A stretch of DNA of 64,000 nucleotides. Origin: Candidatus Doudnabacteria bacterium. Lineage in GTDB: Bacteria > Patescibacteriota > Doudnabacteria > UBA920 > O2-02-FULL-48-8. The stretch is taken from assembly GCA_016182875.1 (NCBI GenBank), contig JACPFQ010000004.1, forward strand, positions 183,556-247,555, written 5' to 3'. The notes under the pieces are model-generated. The model saw nothing but the letters and a program-made list of their open reading frames with translations, made no database searches and was not told the origin of the DNA. A program made the translations under genes and the position numbers. Every line of letters starts with the position of its first letter. Positions within the stretch are counted from its first letter, which is position 1. Positions 9,818 to 20,096 of the stretch are shown here, in pieces.

Positions 9818-11314
9818 ATGACCAAACTTTATCCCTACATGTTCCGCGATTACGACGTCCGCGGAGTCGCCGGCAAAGATGCCCAGAGTTTTGACCAGAA
9901 AATAGTCGATGAGTATGAACGATGGTATGGCCCCTTTCCGGGCGTGACCCTGACCCTGGATGCCGCAGGGCTCATAGGGCAAGCGTTCGGAACCATCATC
10001 AGGAGAGAGGGTGGAAAGGAAGTGGTGGTCGGGCACGAGCTTCGGCCTTTTGCCGAAGAGCTGACCAATGCCTTCATTGCCGGTGTCCGGAAGTCAGGAG
10101 TTGCCGTGACTGACCTTGGCGTTTCGCTTACTCCGGTTGTTTATTTTGCCACGGCTTATCTCAAATTTGACGGCGGAGTGAACGTCACCGGCAGCCACAA
10201 CGTTTATTTTTTCAACGGCTTCAAGCTTATGAAAAAAGACGTTTATCCGCTGTTTGGCGAAGAACTGCAGAAGTTAAGAAAAATGATTGAAGATAAAGAC
10301 TTGATTACTGACGAGCAGGGCGATTACAAAAAGACCGACGGTTATAAAATATACAGAGAATATTTTTTGAGCCACATTAAACTCAAGAGAAAACTGAAAG
10401 TTGTTTTGGATACTGGCAACGGCAGCGCCGGCATGTTTGCCCCTGAGCTTTTAAAAGAATTGGGATGCGAGGTTATCGGATTATATACCGATGTCGACAC
10501 GAGCTTTCCCAATCACATTCCGGACCCGGAAGTCCGGCAGAGTTATGGTGAGCTTCAGAAAAAAATTGTTGAACACAAAGCCGATCTTGGGATAGCCATC
10601 GATGCAGACGGCGACCGCGTCGGATTTTTCACGGAAAAAGGAGAGTACGTCGACACCGATATGCCGCTCCTGCTTCTGGCCAAGGACGTTTTGACCCGTT
10701 ATCCGGGAAAAAAGATATTGTTTGACGTCAAATGCAGCCAACTTCTTTCCGAGTTAGTGCCTCAATATGGCGGCGTGCCTTTGATGCACCGAACCGGGCA
10801 CGCGCCAATAAAAGCCACCATGCGCAACGACCGCGAGGTGATTTTTGCCGGCGAAGTCTCGGGCCATTTATTTTTCGTGGAAGACTACTTTAAAATCGAC
10901 GACGCCTTGTTTGGCGCGGGCAAAATGCTGGAGCTGCTTTCTAAGTCCAACCAGCCATTTTCCAAACTGTTTGCGGAGTTCCCTCAAAGAGTCCGAACGC
11001 CGGAAATCAAATTGCCGTGCAGTGACGAATCGAAATTCAAGGTTGTCGAGCAAATCCAAAAAACTTTCCAAATTCGCTACCAAATTGTTACTTTGGACGG
11101 AGCCCGGATTCAATTCAGCGAGAAAGGCTGGGGACTGGTGCGGGCCTCAAACACTTCGCCTTATTTGACTATCAGGGTTGAAGCCGAAAAGGAACAGGAA
11201 GTTTTGAAAATAAAAAATATTTTGGCCGATGAACTGGAAAAATTTCCGGAAGTTGCCGATAAGCTGGATCGCTTTAACGTTGCCAGCTTAACGGGCAAGC
11301 TCGGCTGGCTTTAA
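9818..11314 (+). CDS. phosphomannomutase/phosphoglucomutase
   Basis: FRDYDVRG, TGSHN catalytic Ser, DADGDR metal loop, GEVSGH, RASNT. Confidence 0.93.
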   Translation: MTKLYPYMFRDYDVRGVAGKDAQSFDQKIVDEYERWYGPFPGVTLTLDAAGLIGQAFGTIIRREGGKEVVVGHELRPFAEELTNAFIAGVRKSGVAVTDLGVSLTPVVYFATAYLKFDGGVNVTGSHNVYFFNGFKLMKKDVYPLFGEELQKLRKMIEDKDLITDEQGDYKKTDGYKIYREYFLSHIKLKRKLKVVLDTGNGSAGMFAPELLKELGCEVIGLYTDVDTSFPNHIPDPEVRQSYGELQKKIVEHKADLGIAIDADGDRVGFFTEKGEYVDTDMPLLLLAKDVLTRYPGKKILFDVKCSQLLSELVPQYGGVPLMHRTGHAPIKATMRNDREVIFAGEVSGHLFFVEDYFKIDDALFGAGKMLELLSKSNQPFSKLFAEFPQRVRTPEIKLPCSDESKFKVVEQIQKTFQIRYQIVTLDGARIQFSEKGWGLVRASNTSPYLTIRVEAEKEQEVLKIKNILADELEKFPEVADKLDRFNVASLTGKLGWL

Positions 11315-11370
11315 AAAAACAGACCCGGGGCAGGAGAACCGGGCCAGGAAGAAGCCGTGAAGCCGCACGC

Positions 11371-11691
11371 TTAGGCGGCGGCTGCGCGCTCTGCGGCGTA
11401 GTAGGCGCGACGGGCCTCGCGCGGATCAGGAAGCTGAATGCCTGCCTCAAACGTCCCGGCTTCCAGGACACCAGGAAGGGCACGAAGCAGGACCAAATCT
11501 TCTTCTCCACGGAAGTCCGGGAACTCGATGTTCAGCGAAAGCGGATTCTGGTCGCTGGCCTCAGCGGGAAGAATGTCCATACGGCCTGCTCGATCGCGGG
11601 CATCTCCACGGACTCCGATGTAGCACTGACGATAGTACTCCACAGTTTTCCTATCAGTGCAGCGCATGTAAACGAGCTGGCGCCAAGCCAT
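11371..11691 (-). CDS. hypothetical protein (GC-rich)
   Basis: GGAGG SD before MAWRQLV...; about 106 aa. Confidence 0.5.
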   Translation of the reverse strand: MAWRQLVYMRCTDRKTVEYYRQCYIGVRGDARDRAGRMDILPAEASDQNPLSLNIEFPDFRGEEDLVLLRALPGVLEAGTFEAGIQLPDPREARRAYYAAERAAAA

Positions 11692-11851
11692 GGGATCCTC
11701 CTTCTCATGCAAAACGAGCCACTCTAAAAGAGTGACTCAGATGTTCGGAAACGGGTCGATATATAATTGCTGTTTGTTTTTGCTGAAGTAAGAAGCATTA
11801 AACGCTCCTTACTTTAAGTATATACCCCTTATATTAGCGGTCAAGACCTAT

Positions 11852-11973
11852 CACTGCTTCGCCAAGGCTTCGCAGTGCTAGCACTGCTTAGTTTCAACGG
11901 CGTAGTGCAAGCAGTGTCCTGCGTAGCTTTCTTGTTCTTCGTAGCTTCAGCGAAGAAGAAAGCGAAGCAGGGC
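11852..11973. repeat. compound palindromic intergenic repeat, shared with 60920-60982
   Basis: CACTGCTTCGCCAAGGCTTCGCAGTGCTAGCA and GTGTCCTGCGTAGCTTT...GCGAAGCAGG occur at both loci. Confidence 0.8.
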
Positions 11974-12990
11974 TTATATTAGGCCAATTTTTTCTTTGAC
12001 CTCTGCCAGAGTTTTGCCGGCGATTTTTTGAGCTTTTGAGGCACCTTCCGCCAGAATTTGTGTCAGTTGTTTTTTGTTAGCCATTATTTTTGTTTTTTTG
12101 TTTCGAAATTCCGCGAAGTGTTCGGCGATTTTTTTTGCGAGAGATTCCTTAAGTTCGTTGTATTTAGTAAAATCTTTTACTCGACTGGTGCCCCCGAATT
12201 GTTCGAGCAAGAATTTCAGGTTCTCGACTCCGGGCGAACCTTTTTTGGTATCAGTGGCAGTCACCGCTTTCTTGAGCTTGCGTAAAATTTCTTGGGGGGA
12301 GTCGTCCAGCATCAGCGCTTCATCGCCAGTCTTGCTCATTTTCTTGGTCGGGTCTGACAAGCTCATGATACGCAGCGGCTTTTGTAAGTAGGTCTTGGGT
12401 ATTGGAAATGTTTCGCCGAATCTGTTGTTAAATAATTTAGCTGTGTGTTTTGTTAAATCAATATGAGCTACTTGATCCTCTCCCACGGGTACCAGCGTTG
12501 GTTTGTAAAGTAATATATCGGCCGCCATTAAAGAGGGATAATTCAACAGTCCAGCATTAACATGAAATTTCATGTCGTTCATTGCATTAACTATAAATTG
12601 TCTTCTCGCCGTGACGTTATTTTCTATTTTATATTCTGACAATTTAGCTTTTTCAGTAAATTGAGGCATCCTTAATAATTCACCTAAGGATGTTAAGCAA
12701 TTAAAAATCCAGGCGAGTTCCGTGTGTTCCAAAACTTGGCTCTGCAAGAAGAAAACTGATTTATCTGGGTCAATGCCAGCAGCCAAATATTCCGCAGCGA
12801 CTTCCAAAGTATTTTGAGAAAGCTCTTTGGGTTCAAATGGCGTGGTTAAGGCATGGAGGTCGGCAATAAAAAAGAAGCACTCGTGGCCGCCTGAATTCTG
12901 CAGTTCCACAAATTGCTTCAACGCGCCCAGATAGTTGCCGACGTGAAGTTTGCCCGACGCTCGGATGCCTGAGAGAATTCGTTCTTTCAT
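11974..12990 (-). CDS. trpS: tryptophan--tRNA ligase
   Basis: HVGNYLGA (HIGH), ADLHALT, YPSLMAADILLY, VPVGEDQ, KMSKT. Confidence 0.96.
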   Translation of the reverse strand: MKERILSGIRASGKLHVGNYLGALKQFVELQNSGGHECFFFIADLHALTTPFEPKELSQNTLEVAAEYLAAGIDPDKSVFFLQSQVLEHTELAWIFNCLTSLGELLRMPQFTEKAKLSEYKIENNVTARRQFIVNAMNDMKFHVNAGLLNYPSLMAADILLYKPTLVPVGEDQVAHIDLTKHTAKLFNNRFGETFPIPKTYLQKPLRIMSLSDPTKKMSKTGDEALMLDDSPQEILRKLKKAVTATDTKKGSPGVENLKFLLEQFGGTSRVKDFTKYNELKESLAKKIAEHFAEFRNKKTKIMANKKQLTQILAEGASKAQKIAGKTLAEVKEKIGLI

Positions 12991-13013
12991 GAGAGTATTA
13001 TAGCTTAATTTTA

Positions 13014-13097
13014 TAACCCCTCCCAGCCTCCCCTTATATTAAGGGGAGGAGTAATAAATTCCCCCTCTTAAAATAAGAGGGGGCTAGGGGGAGTTAT
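13014..13097. repeat. CCCCT/AGGGG-type palindromic repeat (family also at 18975-19040, 28080-28128, 53800-53843 and 54037-54075)
   Basis: CCTCCCCTTATATTAAGGGGAGG and CCCCCTCTTAAAATAAGAGGGGG hairpins. Confidence 0.75.
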
Positions 13098-14845
13098 TAT
13101 ACCTCAATCACTACCGGTAATATCATGGGCCGGCGTTCGGTGCGCTGATAGAGGAATTCCCCGATTTGGTCGCGGACTTCGGAGCGGATGTAGGCCCAGC
13201 TGGGTTCAGCCTGCTTCATTTTGCTTTTAGTCTCCACGATTTTACGCACTTCGTGCTTGACTTCCTTGAGCAAATCCTCCGAGCCCTTCATATAAATGAA
13301 TCCGCGGGAGATAATGTCTGGCGGTTGGGCCAGCTTTCCGGTGGCGCGCTCCAAGGACATGATAATGACGAACATACCGTCCGTGCTCATAACCTGGCGG
13401 TCACGTAGCACGACCTCGCCGACGTCGCCCACACCCAAGCCGTCCACGAATACATAACCGGTTGGGATTTTGGCTTCTGACACTCGGACTTTGCCGGAAG
13501 GATCGAGTTCCAGCATCTGCCCGTTATCCAGGGTAAAGATGTTTTCTTCCGGCACTCCGACATTGCGGGCTAGATTGGCGTGGGCCACCAACATGTGGTA
13601 TTCGCCGTGAATGGGCATGAAATATTTCGGCCTGGTCAAGCCGATCATGAGTTTCAAGTCTTCCTGGTAAGCGTGGCCAGAAGTGTGGATGTCAAGAATC
13701 TTCATGTAAAGAACCTTGGCCCCTTGTCGGGCTAGGTTGGACAGGGTCGATGAAATCGACCGCTCGTTGCCGGGGATCGGAGAAGCGGAAACAATGACCG
13801 TATCGCCCTTTTTGATTTCAATGGTTTTATGCTCCCCGCGGGCAATGCGGGCCAAGGCCGAAAATTCTTCGCCTTGAGAGCCCGTAGTCAGAATAACGAC
13901 CTGGTTGTCCGGCAGTTTGCGGGCCTGCTCCATTTTGATAATCATGTTTTTGGCCGGCAGTTTGAGGTATCCCGTAGCCAGACAAATTTCAACGCTGTTG
14001 ACTAACGACCGGCCGGTGACGACCACTTTCCGGTTGCTTTTGTCGGCGGCGTCGAATAATTGCTGGACGCGGCCGATAAGCGTTGAGAAGGTTGTGAAGA
14101 TCACGCGGCCCTTGGCATCCATAAGCAGGCGGTCAATGGTTTCGCCCAGCGTTTTTTCGGACATCGAGTAGCCCGGCTTTTCGGCGTTAGTCGAATCAGA
14201 CATGAGCAAGGCCACGCCCTCGCCCCCGAATTTGGCCAATTTATCAAACTCCGTCGGCTTGCCGTCCACCGGCGTGTGGTCGAATTTCCAGTCCGTGGCA
14301 TATACAATCAGTCCGGCCGGGGAATTGATGGCCAGGCCGATGCTGTCCGGAATATTGTGGTTGAGCCGGAAGAATCTGATTCGGAAGTTGCCCAAGGTTA
14401 AAATATCGTCCTTATTGAGTTCGAAAATTTTAGAGCGACCGAGCAGATGAAATTCATCCAGGCGCTTCTTAATGAATTCACCGGTCAGCTTCATGGTATA
14501 GATGGGCGGGTCGCCGATTTTGGGCAGGATATAGGGAATGGCTCCGATATGGTCCAAGTGGCCGTGAGTGACAATCACTCCTTTAATGCGTTTTTTATTT
14601 TCTTCCAGATACTTGGTGTTGGGAATGATGTAGTCGATGCCAGGCATGGTTTCATCCGGGAAACCAAGTCCCATATCGATGACCAAAATATCGTCGCCGT
14701 ATTCCATGATGGTCATGTTTTCGCCGACTTCTTCGATTCCGCCCAAAGGAATGACCTTTAGTGTTTGTTTGGCGTCGAGTTTGACTGCTTGAGCCTGTTG
14801 AGCAGGACGGTTGAGGACCGCAGTTTGCGTTCTACGCATAATCAT
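13097..14845 (-). CDS. rnj: ribonuclease J
   Basis: PLGGIEEVGENM, THGHLDHIG, HNIPD, DWKFD, HTSGH, PIHGE, RRPMILPVVIEV. Confidence 0.96.
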   Translation of the reverse strand: MIMRRTQTAVLNRPAQQAQAVKLDAKQTLKVIPLGGIEEVGENMTIMEYGDDILVIDMGLGFPDETMPGIDYIIPNTKYLEENKKRIKGVIVTHGHLDHIGAIPYILPKIGDPPIYTMKLTGEFIKKRLDEFHLLGRSKIFELNKDDILTLGNFRIRFFRLNHNIPDSIGLAINSPAGLIVYATDWKFDHTPVDGKPTEFDKLAKFGGEGVALLMSDSTNAEKPGYSMSEKTLGETIDRLLMDAKGRVIFTTFSTLIGRVQQLFDAADKSNRKVVVTGRSLVNSVEICLATGYLKLPAKNMIIKMEQARKLPDNQVVILTTGSQGEEFSALARIARGEHKTIEIKKGDTVIVSASPIPGNERSISSTLSNLARQGAKVLYMKILDIHTSGHAYQEDLKLMIGLTRPKYFMPIHGEYHMLVAHANLARNVGVPEENIFTLDNGQMLELDPSGKVRVSEAKIPTGYVFVDGLGVGDVGEVVLRDRQVMSTDGMFVIIMSLERATGKLAQPPDIISRGFIYMKGSEDLLKEVKHEVRKIVETKSKMKQAEPSWAYIRSEVRDQIGEFLYQRTERRPMILPVVIEV

Positions 14846-15076
14846 AAGCGCACAAAAACCTTTCTCCCGCTGTGTTAACGGGGATTTAATTTAAAGAAAT
14901 TGGAGCTGTCAGCCAGGGCTGAACCGCTGGGCTTATTGCTCAATTTAACACAACACAAGCTAAAATCTCTCGATTTTGGACTGTATGGTATCAACTTTGG
15001 ATTCATTCCCGCCTAAAGCGGCACGAAAAAAGCTTATATATAGTATAGCTGAGAATTTCAGCGCTGTCAATCGTTT

Positions 15077-15163
15077 TGGTGGGCACGGTGGGAGTTGAAC
15101 CCACACGGACGTAAGTCCACACGCTCCTGAAGCGTGCGCGTATGCCAGTTCCGCCACGTGCCC
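15077..15163 (-). tRNA. tRNA-Leu(CAG)
   Basis: GGGCACG...CGTGCCC-ACCA acceptor, anticodon arm CACGC-TTCAGGA-GCGTG, long variable arm, GTTCAAC T-loop. Confidence 0.95.
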
Positions 15164-15198
15164 TCGTCGCAGTATTTTATCAATTTTACTGCCTTATT

Positions 15199-16971
15199 TC
15201 AACGGGTTTCGATATACCACTTATTGACGTCAGAAAATCTTTCGGAAGGATGAATAATGGTTGTCTGCTCAAAACCTTTGATTTTTTTCGGAAGGTTGTA
15301 GACAAACACCGCGCTGTCCACGAAAACCGCCGGTATCGCGTCGAGAACGATCGTTTGGAACTGCTGATAGTTGGCGGCCCTGACATTGACGTCATTGGTT
15401 TGGCGCGCGGCCAGAAGCAGTTTGTCCACGTCCGCATTGGCAAAGCCGGAAAGATTCAAGCCTGGATCCCTCGCCTGGGAGGAATGCCAGAACGGAAACG
15501 GGTCAGGGTCAGCGCCGGTGTTTTCGGCAAACAGCAGGGCATCGAAATTTCTTGTTCGGATGTAGTTGGTTTGGAGCTCCGCGGCCGAGACAATCACCAG
15601 ATGGACATTGGCGCCCAAAGCCGACCACTGGCTCTGGAGCATCTGCGCCGTTTTCACGTTGAGCACAAAGTCATTCGTGACCAAGTTGAACTCGAACGGC
15701 CGCTTGTTTTTTATGCGGAGGCCGGCGGCCGGGTCCATGACCCACCCTCCTTTATCAAGAATCGCCGCCGCTTCGCTTAAGTTGTTATGCGTTGCTTCTT
15801 TGACCTTCGGGCTGTAGCCGAGGTTGCCTTCCAGTATCGGGCCGTAGGCTTCTTTGGCGTATCCGGAATAGACTTGTTCAATTATGCTCTTGCGGTCTGA
15901 CGCAAGCCAAAGCGCTTGCCGGACAGCCTTATCGGCGAGCACTGGGTTTTTCGGCAAGTTAAAGAATACCGCCTGGTACTGCGGCAGGCCCAATTGATAT
16001 TGGTTATGCTTTTCGGAGTCTTCGAGAAACAGTTTTTTATCAAACGGCAGATATCCAATGCCTTGAATTTCCTTTGATTGGTAAGCGTTAAGCAAGCCGT
16101 CGTAATCCGGATAGAATTTAAATGTTATGCGTTCGATCCACGCCCGGCCGAAATGATAGTTGCCGCTGGCTTTAAAGACTATTGATTTAATCGTGCCGTC
16201 GGCGGTTTTTTTTATCTCGCGCACGCTGAAGGGCCCGGAGCCGACTGCCTTGAGGTTTTGGTCCGCGAGGCGGAAGTTGGTGGGCGGCAAACCCTCCCAA
16301 ATGTGTTTGGGCAGAATCCCTAAAGTAAAGTTGGTGATGAACGAAGCTGAAACTTCTCTGAGAGTGAAAGTTACGGTCAAATCATCGACTTTTTCCGCTT
16401 TCACGCGGCTGAAATTCCCCCGCAAAGGCGATTCATATTCGGAATTTTGGATTGTTTCAATCGTGAAAATTATGTCGTCGGCCAAAAGCGGCTTTTTGTC
16501 CTGCCATTTTAGGTTCGGCTTGAGCTTGATGGTATAAACTTTTTGGTCCGGCGAGACGGTGGGCAGACTTTCTGCCAGGTCAGGAACCAGCTTTAAGTCT
16601 TTATCGAATTTCAGCAGCTGCGCGTAGGCAATCCTGCTCAAATCCGAATCGACGCTGGACGCGGGAGCGAGAATCGGGTTAATAAATCGCGGCTGGCCGA
16701 CGATGCCCTCTACATATTCGCCGCCGTAATCAGGGGCGTTGTCACCTGGGCTATTCATGCTGTCCGATGCGAGAAGCAGCCCGCTGCTTAGCGTCAAGAC
16801 GAGCAAGATGATTATGGCCATCAAATCTCGTTTTTTGAAGGTTTCCAAATATTTTGGCAGGATTCGCGAATTAAATCTCGGCAGAAACCTAAGCCCGCCG
16901 CCCGCCCTGCGCAGAATTGAAAAAAGACCTTGCAGGGTCTTAGGCAGATTTATTTTGAATTTTAAATTCAT
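15199..16971 (-). CDS. ABC transporter peptide-binding protein (SBP family 5)
   Basis: GQPRFINP, LVPDLAES, KWQDKKPL.ADDIIFT, GSGPF, DPFPFWHSSQ. Confidence 0.9.
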   Translation of the reverse strand: MNLKFKINLPKTLQGLFSILRRAGGGLRFLPRFNSRILPKYLETFKKRDLMAIIILLVLTLSSGLLLASDSMNSPGDNAPDYGGEYVEGIVGQPRFINPILAPASSVDSDLSRIAYAQLLKFDKDLKLVPDLAESLPTVSPDQKVYTIKLKPNLKWQDKKPLLADDIIFTIETIQNSEYESPLRGNFSRVKAEKVDDLTVTFTLREVSASFITNFTLGILPKHIWEGLPPTNFRLADQNLKAVGSGPFSVREIKKTADGTIKSIVFKASGNYHFGRAWIERITFKFYPDYDGLLNAYQSKEIQGIGYLPFDKKLFLEDSEKHNQYQLGLPQYQAVFFNLPKNPVLADKAVRQALWLASDRKSIIEQVYSGYAKEAYGPILEGNLGYSPKVKEATHNNLSEAAAILDKGGWVMDPAAGLRIKNKRPFEFNLVTNDFVLNVKTAQMLQSQWSALGANVHLVIVSAAELQTNYIRTRNFDALLFAENTGADPDPFPFWHSSQARDPGLNLSGFANADVDKLLLAARQTNDVNVRAANYQQFQTIVLDAIPAVFVDSAVFVYNLPKKIKGFEQTTIIHPSERFSDVNKWYIETR

Positions 16972-16977
16972 AAGGCT

Positions 16978-17202
16978 TCATTGGATAAACAAAACCACCA
17001 CGCTTAGCGCTACAAAAACAACGGCTAAGATAATCGTGAAGTAATGCAACCCCCAAGCCAACCCCCGCTTCGAGCGGTAAACAGTACCCTCTCCGCCGAA
17101 AACCGTAGAAAGGCCCCCTTCTTTCTGCTGAAGGAGAATGGAGATGGTGAGCATGACGTTGATCCCAATAAGGGCAAAGACTAAAATATCTTTTATTTGC
17201 AT
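16978..17202 (-). CDS. secG: preprotein translocase subunit SecG
   Basis: Two TMs with ILLQQKEGGLSTVFGG...RSKRG. Confidence 0.9.
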   Translation of the reverse strand: MQIKDILVFALIGINVMLTISILLQQKEGGLSTVFGGEGTVYRSKRGLAWGLHYFTIILAVVFVALSVVVLFIQ

Positions 17203-17254
17203 GGTAATTTTATGGCCTAGGTAGTTTGCCAGAAAGCTGCCAATTGGTCAAGAT

Positions 17255-19174
17255 TTAAAGACTGGCCTTTATTTTTTCAGCCGCGGAGTTCCCGACAACG
17301 CGCGCCAGCTCTCCCAATGTCGCTTTGCGAATTTGAGCGACAGACCCAAAGGTTGTCAGCAGCATTTTTTTCTTGGCCGGTCCAATGCCTGCGATTTCAT
17401 CCAAAGTCGAGAGGCGCGAGGCTTTGGATCTGAGCTTTCGGTGATAGGTGATGGCAAAACGATGAGCCTCGTCGCGAATGCGTTGCAGCAAAAAAAGCGC
17501 TATGGAGTTAGGTTGTAAGATTAAGGATTTAGGTTGACCAGGCACAAAGATTTCTTCGAGCTTTTTGGCCAGTCCGATGGTTGCTATATTCAGGTTATAC
17601 ATATGTATAACCTTTTTAGCGACAGAGAGCTGACCCTTACCGCCATCGATGAGGATCAAATCGGGAAGGGGCCAGGTCTTGTCATTGCGAGGAGCCGCAG
17701 GCGACGCGGCAATCTCTTTCTGAGATTGCTTCGCTTCGCTCGCAATGACAGAGCGCATAAATCTACGAGTAAGCATTTCCCTCATCATGGCATAATCATC
17801 CGGCGTGTCTTGGAACTTAATCTTAAACCGCCGATAGTCTTCCTTTTTCGGCCGCCCGAAATCAAACACAATCATTGACCCAACCGCGTTTTTCCCCTGG
17901 ATATTGGAAATATCATACGCTTCGATTCTTCCGGGCAGGGTTTTCAAATTGAGGACGCGCTGAAGTTCTTTGAGCGCGCTCATGAGTCTTGCCTCCTCCA
18001 AAAGCTTCTTGTCTGACTGAGATTCCAGATATTGCTTGGCGTTTTCCTGGCCAAGTTTAATAAGCTTAAGCTTTTGGCCTTTTTTAGGCACTGAGATAAA
18101 GGGCACCTTTTTGGTAGAGAACCCTGACAGTAAAGGTGCCCTTTGTTTTACCGGCGCCAAAATTTCTTTCGGCCAGCTCGAAGCCTCCAAATAATACCTC
18201 GGCAGAAATTCGCTAAGGATTTCGGCAATGCTTGCTCCTTTAGTATTTTCAAGAATAAAATTTTCCTGGCGGATGAGCTTGCCTTCGCGGACTACAAAAA
18301 GGTTCACAGCAGCCGCTGTGGCTTCTATGTAAACGCTGAACACGTCCTGGTCAATTTTTTTTGGATAGACAAGTTTCTGCCTTTCGAGCACGCGGTTAAG
18401 CGCATAAATTTGGTCGCGGACTCTTGCCGCTTTTTCAAACAATTTGGCTCGGGCGTAGCCCTGCATCCGCAATTTTAGGTGTTTAAGAATTTCTGACTGC
18501 CGGCCCTGCAGAAATTCCATGATTTTATTTATGTAGTTTTTTCGGTACTCTTCCAAGGAGATTTTGCCTATACATACTCCCGGGCATTTGCCGATATGGT
18601 AGTAAAAACACGGATGGTTGCTGATTTTTTTGTTGCCGCAGTAAGGGAAAATTTTTCTTAGTAGCCGTAGCGTGTCTTTGATGGAAGCGCTGGAAGTATA
18701 GGGTCCGAAGTAGCGCGCCGATTTATCGGCAGATTTTCTCTCATAGCTAATCGTGGGAATTTCGTCGGCCAAATTGATTTTGACGAATAGGTAATTTTTG
18801 TCATCCCGCAGTAAAATGTTGTACTTGGGTTTGAGCTGTTTGATGAAATTGTTTTCCAGAAGCAGGCTCTCCAGCTCATTGTCGGTAACGGTGTAATCGA
18901 AATCTTTGATCTGCGTGATCATGAGCTGGATTCTCGGCGATAACTCCCCCGCTTTGCCAAGGGCTTTGTCACCCAGCCCCCGGCGGGTAGTGAGGGAGGG
19001 AGTTTCTCTTAATTTAAGAGGGGGTTGGGGGGAGTTATAAAAATGCGAACGCACGCGATTCTTAAGATTAATCGCTTTGCCGACATAAAGAACCAGCCCC
19101 TTGGCGTCTTTGAATGTATAGACACCCGGCTTGCTGGGAAGTTCTTTGATTTTGTCAGCTAGAGCTTTTTGCAT
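17255..19174 (-). CDS. uvrC: excinuclease ABC subunit C, carrying two in-frame palindromic insertions
   Basis: LPSKPGVY, YVGKAINLKNRV, RIEAYDISNIQG, PDLILIDGGKGQ, RIRDEAHRFA, HhH. Start set at MQKAL because the upstream extension is repeat DNA. Confidence 0.95.
   Translation of the reverse strand: MQKALADKIKELPSKPGVYTFKDAKGLVLYVGKAINLKNRVRSHFYNSPQPPLKLRETPSLTTRRGLGDKALGKAGELSPRIQLMITQIKDFDYTVTDNELESLLLENNFIKQLKPKYNILLRDDKNYLFVKINLADEIPTISYERKSADKSARYFGPYTSSASIKDTLRLLRKIFPYCGNKKISNHPCFYYHIGKCPGVCIGKISLEEYRKNYINKIMEFLQGRQSEILKHLKLRMQGYARAKLFEKAARVRDQIYALNRVLERQKLVYPKKIDQDVFSVYIEATAAAVNLFVVREGKLIRQENFILENTKGASIAEILSEFLPRYYLEASSWPKEILAPVKQRAPLLSGFSTKKVPFISVPKKGQKLKLIKLGQENAKQYLESQSDKKLLEEARLMSALKELQRVLNLKTLPGRIEAYDISNIQGKNAVGSMIVFDFGRPKKEDYRRFKIKFQDTPDDYAMMREMLTRRFMRSVIASEAKQSQKEIAASPAAPRNDKTWPLPDLILIDGGKGQLSVAKKVIHMYNLNIATIGLAKKLEEIFVPGQPKSLILQPNSIALFLLQRIRDEAHRFAITYHRKLRSKASRLSTLDEIAGIGPAKKKMLLTTFGSVAQIRKATLGELARVVGNSAAEKIKASL
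17681..17749. repeat. GTCATTGCGAG...CTCGCAATGAC palindromic element inside uvrC
   Basis: Terminal inverted repeats; encodes VIASEAKQSQKEIAASPAAPRND. Relatives at about 19180-19250, 23335-23400, 30043-30129 and 57500-57596. Confidence 0.85.
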
Positions 19175-19359
19175 GGAGATAGATTGCTTCGTCGGCTTCG
19201 CCTCCTCGCAAATGCGCATTCGCGAGCGGACGAAGTCCGCGTGGCGATCTAATCATTGACGCAACTGATTATATCATAGTAAACTTAGCTGTTCTGCGGA
19301 ATGGTTCCGCGGCACCTTACCAGGGCCTGTATTGGCTCAAAGAACCGGAGGGTTCAGGT

Positions 19360-19854
19360 ATGACATTTCAACATTTGTTCGCGATCTTGGGCGGCGAAGA
19401 AGGGTTTGGATGGTTGACGGCCATCCAGAGACCGGACATGGAAGACGGAACGGTTCATTTTGAGTGGTCGACAGATTGGCCGGTCAAGATTGTTCGCGTC
19501 CGTTCCCTCACAAACGATTCGCTCAACCTTCCGAAAGGAAAGAAGTTCAACCTTTTCATCTACGGCTCAACCGTGGCGAAGCGAAGGCCGTGGGGAGTCG
19601 TGCTCGTCAAAGAATTGCCCGTCAATGACGACGGCACGAACGTGTTAAAGGTATTGCAGGCGGAAGTGAAACGACAGCGTTCGCTTTGTGCACTTTGTGC
19701 TGGCGACCAGGAGTTCCGGCTGCATCAAATCGCTGTGGGGGTTTGCCCCGAGAGGTTCGTGCCGGAGCATCTACTTTATCAGCACACCATTGTCTACTTA
19801 CCCCGTAACAAGCGAGTGCGGCTCGACACTCTGCTCGACGAAGCTGCAACTTAG
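19360..19854 (+). CDS. hypothetical protein
   Basis: GGAGG SD, 164 aa, C-x2-C...H...C possible Zn site. Confidence 0.55.
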   Translation: MTFQHLFAILGGEEGFGWLTAIQRPDMEDGTVHFEWSTDWPVKIVRVRSLTNDSLNLPKGKKFNLFIYGSTVAKRRPWGVVLVKELPVNDDGTNVLKVLQAEVKRQRSLCALCAGDQEFRLHQIAVGVCPERFVPEHLLYQHTIVYLPRNKRVRLDTLLDEAAT

Positions 19855-20096
19855 CTTCGACAAACGCCCTCCCTGGCAATTGATCTTTGTCGGTCTTGCC
19901 AGGGCGGTTTTTTTTCCCGACGCGCAAGCGGTCGGGATCCCGACCTCGATGCAATCGAGCGTCGGGATTTTTTCTGTCTGCCTAAGGCTCTTGCATAGGG
20001 GATAATTTCCGTATATACTGTCCAGGCAATTTTGAACCCTCGAAAACGAGGGTTATCTGACCATCTTTGATTTTCAGACTTAAGAGTGGATACTAT

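Noticed and set aside
11852-11973. Clustered palindromes as a CRISPR array
   Set aside because: There are no regularly spaced identical repeats with unique spacers anywhere in the window, and no cas genes.
12555-12660. AT-rich segment within trpS as an intron or intein
   Set aside because: It is short and in frame with no splicing motifs; it falls in a variable loop of TrpRS.
14960-15157. 65-aa ORF MAELAYAHASG...
   Set aside because: It is a translation of the tRNA-Leu gene.
19175-19219. ORF-track N-terminal extensions of uvrC (also grpE 29017, hsp20 29547, topA 50496, pth 54681, dapA 36263)
   Set aside because: The extensions come from repeats or neighbouring genes; homology and SD position favour the downstream ATGs.
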